In this document: positions 59,486 through 64,000 of the stretch, piece by piece
How positions within the stretch are numbered: position 1 is the first letter of the stretch
Layout: the number at the start of each line of letters is the position of its first letter
Virus record (IMG/VR): IMGVR_UViG_3300021426_000064
Coordinates: 96,001-160,000 of that record
DNA from: a virus
Lineage: Duplodnaviria; Caudoviricetes
Strand: one strand, 5' to 3'
DNA length: 64,000 nt
Notes under the pieces: model-generated
The model's database searches: none
Told to the model about the DNA's origin: nothing
The model's input: the letters and a program-made list of their open reading frames with translations, nothing else
Made by a program: the position numbers and the translations under genes

Positions 59486-59515
59486 AGTCCCGCGCCCCGG
59501 CAGGGCGCGAGGACT
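59486..59515 (+). other. GC-rich hairpin downstream of VR (DGR target-recognition hairpin-like)
   Basis: AGTCC-CGCGCCC-cggca-GGGCGCG-a-GGACT, with no T tract after it. Confidence 0.65.
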
Positions 59516-59544
59516 GCTCATAATCTACAAGGAGGAAGTTATTA

Positions 59545-59970
59545 ATGCGGTACATCACCATAAAACGCTACAGACGTGACGGTGTAGGCGGGCACTTCAA
59601 CCTTCCATACGGCACACCCGTAGCAGAACGTGAAGGCGTCCTTTACCACGACAATCGTCCTATATGTGCGGCATGTTCATACTCGTCCCACAAGCACTTT
59701 GCCCACGACGATGATGGACATGGACAAGAACGTGGCAAGTTATCCCACGGCATAATCAAAAAGCTAGGCGGTACTCATTGCCCCGGGGAACCTACTCCAG
59801 AATGGGATGCTATCGAAAATGACGAAATCGCCAATAGCTACCGCAGAAAAGACCATGTAACATCATGGCTGTGGGACGATTCATTTTTCAAAGCACCGAT
59901 AAAAGATCTGCAACATATCGCGGTCAAAATAGGACTTATAAAAGAGGGAGAAAAGGTACAAAATAATTGA
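59545..59970 (+). CDS. Hypothetical phage protein following the DGR-type target
   Basis: AAGGAGG SD, 141 aa. Confidence 0.7.
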   Translation: MRYITIKRYRRDGVGGHFNLPYGTPVAEREGVLYHDNRPICAACSYSSHKHFAHDDDGHGQERGKLSHGIIKKLGGTHCPGEPTPEWDAIENDEIANSYRRKDHVTSWLWDDSFFKAPIKDLQHIAVKIGLIKEGEKVQNN

Positions 59971-60122
59971 TACCGAAACTAACAGTATTCAAGAAGAAAC
60001 GCAAAAATAAAGCGATTATTCTTTTGGGTTTGCCCTGGCTTCTGCGTCGGCTAATAACCCAGCTCATACAAAATACTTTCCTGTGTTCTGCGGTTAGATA
60101 TAGCTAATCTCATTATCCACAG

Positions 60123-60226
60123 GTAATGTATACGATGTAAGAGAAAAGCTCGGGCGGTCTATTTTAAGAGGCCGCCGACGCTATCTCTTAATAAAAATTC
60201 TATATTATATAAAGGAGAAATGTGAC
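60123..60226 (+). promoter_or_regulatory. GTAATG promoter motif plus structured 5' leader
   Basis: Stem 60138-60190, covarying with the 57269-57318 stem. Confidence 0.65.
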
Positions 60227-61711
60227 ATGTCACTCACAAATCTTGCTCAAATTAAAGGTGGTCTTCAGCTTCAGGCTGACGTGCAGGCACTTCTGAAGTC
60301 CTACGATGCTGCCAAGGTTCTGACTAAGGTTGCCAAGGCTGTAGGCGAAGGTGAAGAAGCCGCCAACTATAACGTCGAAGAGCTCCTGACAGAACTCAAA
60401 GCTAAGATTGATGCTATCGCTGGCAACGGCGAGGAAGGCGACGCGGCCTCCCTGACATCTCTAGCAGCTGCTATCGATGCTCTTAAGGACAAGAAACTCA
60501 AGGATATGGTTCGCGTTGAGTTCAGCATCGCTTCTGGCGTAGCTACTCTGCCCGAAAACTTTGATACTCTTGTACCGGCCTGCGACAAAACGAAGGCTCT
60601 GCCGGTTTACACAGCTGACAACGAAGTCGTATTCAACGAGAACGGTGAACAGCTGACCATCGTTCCGGAAACTGGCGTACTGAACGGCGTACCTTCCGAA
60701 ATCGACGCTGAAGCATCCGCTGCCGCTGAAGATGGCAAAGCTGTTTACAAGGCTAAAGCTGATTTCCAGGCCAAGATTTTCCCTGTTGGTGAATGGAAGC
60801 TGGCTGACCTGCCGACCGAAGCTCTGCTCGACAACAACGAAATGCAGCTGGTTGCCTACAAGACGGCTCTTGACAAGCTCGTTATCGACCTGACAAAGGA
60901 CGAAAACCTGATTGCTCAGGTTAAGGAACTGGTAGGCGAGCAGGCTGTACAGACTCAGCTCGAAGAGGCCCTGAAGGCTGTTAACGAAGCAGTAGCTGCT
61001 AAAGCTGAAAAGACGGCAGTAGATGAACTGGCCGGCACGGTAAGCGACATCGATGAGCGCGTAAAGGCCATCGAGGGAACACAGGATGAGGCGGTTTCCG
61101 ATAAGGTTGCCGTTACCGCTCCTGTTACTGAGTTTACTCTGTCCAAAAAGCCTAACGCTAAGCTGGTTGAGGCCGTTATCAACCACCTCGTATACCGCGA
61201 AGGTGATGACTTTACGGTTGACCGCGACGCTCAGAAAGTAACTTGGACGCTGACGGCCGCTAATGATGGCTTCGATATCGATGCTGATCTGACGGACGCT
61301 GTACGGTTCAACTATTTTTTTAAGGTCGCCGGTGGGGTAAATCCTGCACCGGCTCCTGCGAATAAAGGCTGGGAAGTAACCGTAAACGTTCCCAAGAGTG
61401 CAACAACGCTCGACCTTCAGAAGGTTTTGACGGCTGAACAGCTCGCGGATATCACTGACGAAAACGCTGCCGGCCCGGAATCTGATGGCGTAGGCCGTAA
61501 GATTCGTTGCTATGTGAACGGCGTAGAACTCAAATGGGACTACGAAAACACTGGCGATGAAGAAGTAGAGGCTGCTCTCGTAGCTTCCGGCCTAACCAAG
61601 GGTAAGGAATTCGTATTCGGTACTTACGAACTGGATAGCTCGAAGATCCTGAACTTCAGCTGCGGCTGGAGCGAAACCGGCTGCGACGTAAAAATCGTTT
61701 ACCAGCCGTAA
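60227..61711 (+). CDS. Virion appendage carrier protein (paralog of 57348)
   Basis: 494 aa. Shares N-terminal and middle modules with 57348 and has a different C-terminal domain after a PAPAP linker. Confidence 0.75.
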   Translation: MSLTNLAQIKGGLQLQADVQALLKSYDAAKVLTKVAKAVGEGEEAANYNVEELLTELKAKIDAIAGNGEEGDAASLTSLAAAIDALKDKKLKDMVRVEFSIASGVATLPENFDTLVPACDKTKALPVYTADNEVVFNENGEQLTIVPETGVLNGVPSEIDAEASAAAEDGKAVYKAKADFQAKIFPVGEWKLADLPTEALLDNNEMQLVAYKTALDKLVIDLTKDENLIAQVKELVGEQAVQTQLEEALKAVNEAVAAKAEKTAVDELAGTVSDIDERVKAIEGTQDEAVSDKVAVTAPVTEFTLSKKPNAKLVEAVINHLVYREGDDFTVDRDAQKVTWTLTAANDGFDIDADLTDAVRFNYFFKVAGGVNPAPAPANKGWEVTVNVPKSATTLDLQKVLTAEQLADITDENAAGPESDGVGRKIRCYVNGVELKWDYENTGDEEVEAALVASGLTKGKEFVFGTYELDSSKILNFSCGWSETGCDVKIVYQP

Positions 61712-61726
61712 AACTAAATGCAGGTT

Positions 61727-61759
61727 AATAGAGTGCCCTGCCATGGGGCGCTCTATTTT
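61727..61759 (+). terminator. Intrinsic terminator
   Basis: AATAGAGTGCCC...GGGCGCTCTATT-TT. Confidence 0.75.
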
Positions 61760-61785
61760 ATCTTCTTTTTAGTAAAGGAGTAAAA

Positions 61786-62322
61786 ATGGCATACGATAAA
61801 ACAAATGATTTGTTTCCGATTCAGAATGATGTTTTAACGACACTTCTGACAAATAATACGAAAATATCCAAGTTAAATGGCCTAAAAACTGATGGTAAGT
61901 CGGTAGTGAAGGCGATCAACGAATTGTTGGGTAAGTTAAATACCGCCCTCAGCCAGGTAACTACGGCCAGTCAGGAAGCTAATGCGGCAAAAGACGGCGT
62001 GGCTGGAGTTAAAACGGAAGTTCAGACAATGGTTACTGAGATTGTAACCCAGAAGATGACGGAGATTGTATCCGGTGGCATCCAGAACGACGAATTTACT
62101 TGCGAGGACAATCAGACGGTATTCACGTTATCCAAGACACCTATCGATAAAGATAATATCTTGTTCTATATTAATGGGGTAAAGTACAGGAAAGTTGATT
62201 GCCGTTATGACGAATCGACAAATACTGTTGAATGGGTTAATACGGACATTGATGAAAATCATCCGCATCCGTTCTGCTTAAAAAGCACAGATGCCGTGTC
62301 AGCCGTATATATGAGTAAGTAA
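61786..62322 (+). CDS. Appendage-associated protein (paralog of 5927)
   Basis: LKTDGKSVVKAINEL and QTVFTLSKTP...FYINGV motifs. Confidence 0.7.
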   Translation: MAYDKTNDLFPIQNDVLTTLLTNNTKISKLNGLKTDGKSVVKAINELLGKLNTALSQVTTASQEANAAKDGVAGVKTEVQTMVTEIVTQKMTEIVSGGIQNDEFTCEDNQTVFTLSKTPIDKDNILFYINGVKYRKVDCRYDESTNTVEWVNTDIDENHPHPFCLKSTDAVSAVYMSK

Positions 62323-62339
62323 TTGGAGGTTTTTACAAT

Positions 62340-63914
62340 ATGCTTTTAGATGCTAAGCAAATGGATCCTAAATTTGAGCTTTGGTATAAGGAGTTCATGG
62401 GAACTCGTTTTCCTGAAATCGTTGATTATGAATTGGTCTTTAACGATAATGGATATGTGGCGGAACAGGACGAAAAGGGCCGCTACATTGTAAATATGGA
62501 TAAGGGCGTTAATCTATTGATGAGTAAACTCCCGCAAAAAGTTAACGCATTCTATAAGAACAAGGCTGCTGGAGAACTGAATATCCATTGGGATGCAGCT
62601 GTTCGCAATTATAACCCAAACAAGAGTGGCGAGCAGATTTTGCGCGCAGGCCTTGAAGTTGGGGTATATAATCCCAAGAACTTGACGCCGGAACTGGTTA
62701 TGCTTATTGCTCGCAGCGAAAAGCTCTCCCTGCAGAACTGGTGGGAAAATGGCGCCAAAGTTAAGGAAGTAAGCTATCTTAATGGCACGAAGGCAGAAGA
62801 CTTCGCTGATTTGGAAGATTACTATATCACCAATATGAACTATGCTTTTGCTGGCGCAAGTGAAGTAGAAAGCCTTCCTGAACTGGCTACCGAGAAAGAC
62901 AATTCTCTTACCAGCTTGGCTTACGCCTTCGATGGCTGCGCAAAGCTGAAGGCTGTTCCGTCTATCGCAACCGTTGGTGTAACCGATATTGAAGGCGCAT
63001 TTCGTGGATGCGAATCCCTGACAGATCTGAGCGGTATGGATTTGAGCAATAGTTATATGATTGCTTACGCATTCAGTGGCTGTAAAAATCTGAAGAAGCT
63101 CCCGAATCTGTCTCGTTTAGCTACGGCAACTCCGAGCAGCTTTGTCGACGCTTTCCGTGGTTGCTCCAGCCTTCCGGCAGTGTTCCCTTATACGATTAAC
63201 GTATCCAGCGTAACAAACCGCAACAACTTTGGCGGCATGTTCGAGGGCAGTTCCGTCAAGGAAATCACTGTTCGTTACGACGGTGAAGCTATCCCTGAAT
63301 ACATTTGCCCGCTCTTTATGGGTAGTGCATTGGAAAAAATCACCATCGTGAATGCTCAGGGTGAGGTTCGTGAAGTTCGTACCCAGGCAAATAATCCGTC
63401 TATGATTTCTTACTTAGCTGCAGGAGATAGCAAACTGATTGTTCCGGCAGGTGTTTCTTCCATGAAGGTTGCTCTGGTATCTGGCGTAAGCTATAGCTAT
63501 AGCACGGTAGATATCAAACACATCGCTGTTAAAAATAATCCGTCCTCGATTAAGCGCGGCGAAGAAGAAGTAATCACTTCTAACAAGGCAGCTGGAGAAC
63601 GCGGTCATTACTTTGACTACATGGGCAGCCAGGAACAGCATGGTGGTTTCCCGGCCATGTTTGATGCTCAATACGAAGACTATAGCAACGGTCAGGTTTA
63701 TTGCTGCGGCGTAGGCGGCGGAAAGCAGCTCACAAAGTATTGCCATGCTTGGGGCGCATTGGAAAACAGCTTCGTACAGGATACGGTAGCAGTTACTCCG
63801 GGTGAAGAACTGACGATTAGCGTCGGCAATGGTAGCGCTTCTGGCGACTGCACGTTCAATAAGAAACCGGGCAATGGCTTGTATAATGGCTACGTTTTAG
63901 TAGAGTTCCAGTAA
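62340..63914 (+). CDS. BspA-like LRR adhesin with glycine-rich phage C-terminal domain
   Basis: Five AF.GC..L repeats. VPAGV..MKV...G, VTPGE...I.VG and G.V.VEF terminal motifs. Confidence 0.75.
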   Translation: MLLDAKQMDPKFELWYKEFMGTRFPEIVDYELVFNDNGYVAEQDEKGRYIVNMDKGVNLLMSKLPQKVNAFYKNKAAGELNIHWDAAVRNYNPNKSGEQILRAGLEVGVYNPKNLTPELVMLIARSEKLSLQNWWENGAKVKEVSYLNGTKAEDFADLEDYYITNMNYAFAGASEVESLPELATEKDNSLTSLAYAFDGCAKLKAVPSIATVGVTDIEGAFRGCESLTDLSGMDLSNSYMIAYAFSGCKNLKKLPNLSRLATATPSSFVDAFRGCSSLPAVFPYTINVSSVTNRNNFGGMFEGSSVKEITVRYDGEAIPEYICPLFMGSALEKITIVNAQGEVREVRTQANNPSMISYLAAGDSKLIVPAGVSSMKVALVSGVSYSYSTVDIKHIAVKNNPSSIKRGEEEVITSNKAAGERGHYFDYMGSQEQHGGFPAMFDAQYEDYSNGQVYCCGVGGGKQLTKYCHAWGALENSFVQDTVAVTPGEELTISVGNGSASGDCTFNKKPGNGLYNGYVLVEFQ

Positions 63915-63936
63915 GCACTCGCAAAAATAGCACATT

Positions 63937-63994
63937 TTGCATAAACATCCTCTTTATGGTATACTATTTCGGTATATTTACAGAGAGGATGTTT
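63937..63994 (+). promoter_or_regulatory. SigmaA-type promoter bracketed by an 11-bp inverted repeat
   Basis: TTGCAT-17-TATACT with extended TG. AAACATCCTCT at 63943 and AGAGGATGTTT at 63984. Confidence 0.7.
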
Positions 63995-64000
63995 TTGTTT

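Noticed and set aside
60020-60065. Minus-strand GACGCAGAAGCC / GGGCAAACC resembling c-di-GMP-I riboswitch pieces
   Set aside because: The elements are in the wrong order, the GAAA-capped P2 stem is absent, and the orientation is antisense to the genes.
60113-60121. DnaA box TTATCCACA (also one-mismatch at about 57245, reverse copies at 29810 and 32184)
   Set aside because: The copies are isolated rather than clustered, one is inside groES, and the 57/60 kb pair is explained by leader duplication. Insufficient for an origin call.
1-64000. Stop-codon reassignment (seen in some large gut phages)
   Set aside because: The standard code gives dense, full-length genes, and TAA, TGA and TAG all end genes at sensible boundaries.

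Overview
This window is a 64 kb segment of a large, probably lytic, tailed phage genome. Essentially all real genes lie on the + strand. The host is probably a Firmicute, possibly Negativicutes (inference from sigmaA-type promoters, strong SD sequences and host-like LemA/TPM/amidase genes). Layout: (1) 1-24.9 kb, virion structural and fibre genes (collagen-like, Ala-rich and coiled-coil fibres, large unknown structural proteins). (2) 25-41.3 kb, replication and regulation (AEP primase, DnaB-like helicase, Rha/ANT-like regulator, GroES, Cas4/AddB-like protein, DUF1064-like nuclease, sigma-like factor, LemA, TPM protein, RecJ, DnaE). (3) 41.4-45.9 kb, small genes including holin-like proteins, a degenerate amidase and a metallophosphoesterase. 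(4) 46-64 kb, a modular adhesin/appendage locus. Best candidates for new biology: an apparent split-Ig 'socket and plug' adhesin system, in which one carrier ends in half an Ig-like domain and three tip proteins begin with the complementary half; one of these tips carries a DGR-type variable region and hairpin, with no RT or TR in the window; a radical SAM/SPASM enzyme next to a CX3D/E-rich virion-type protein and a nucleotidyltransferase; a GTAATA late-promoter motif; and several unexplained repeat or hairpin elements. All family assignments come from motif recognition by eye. No database search was run.
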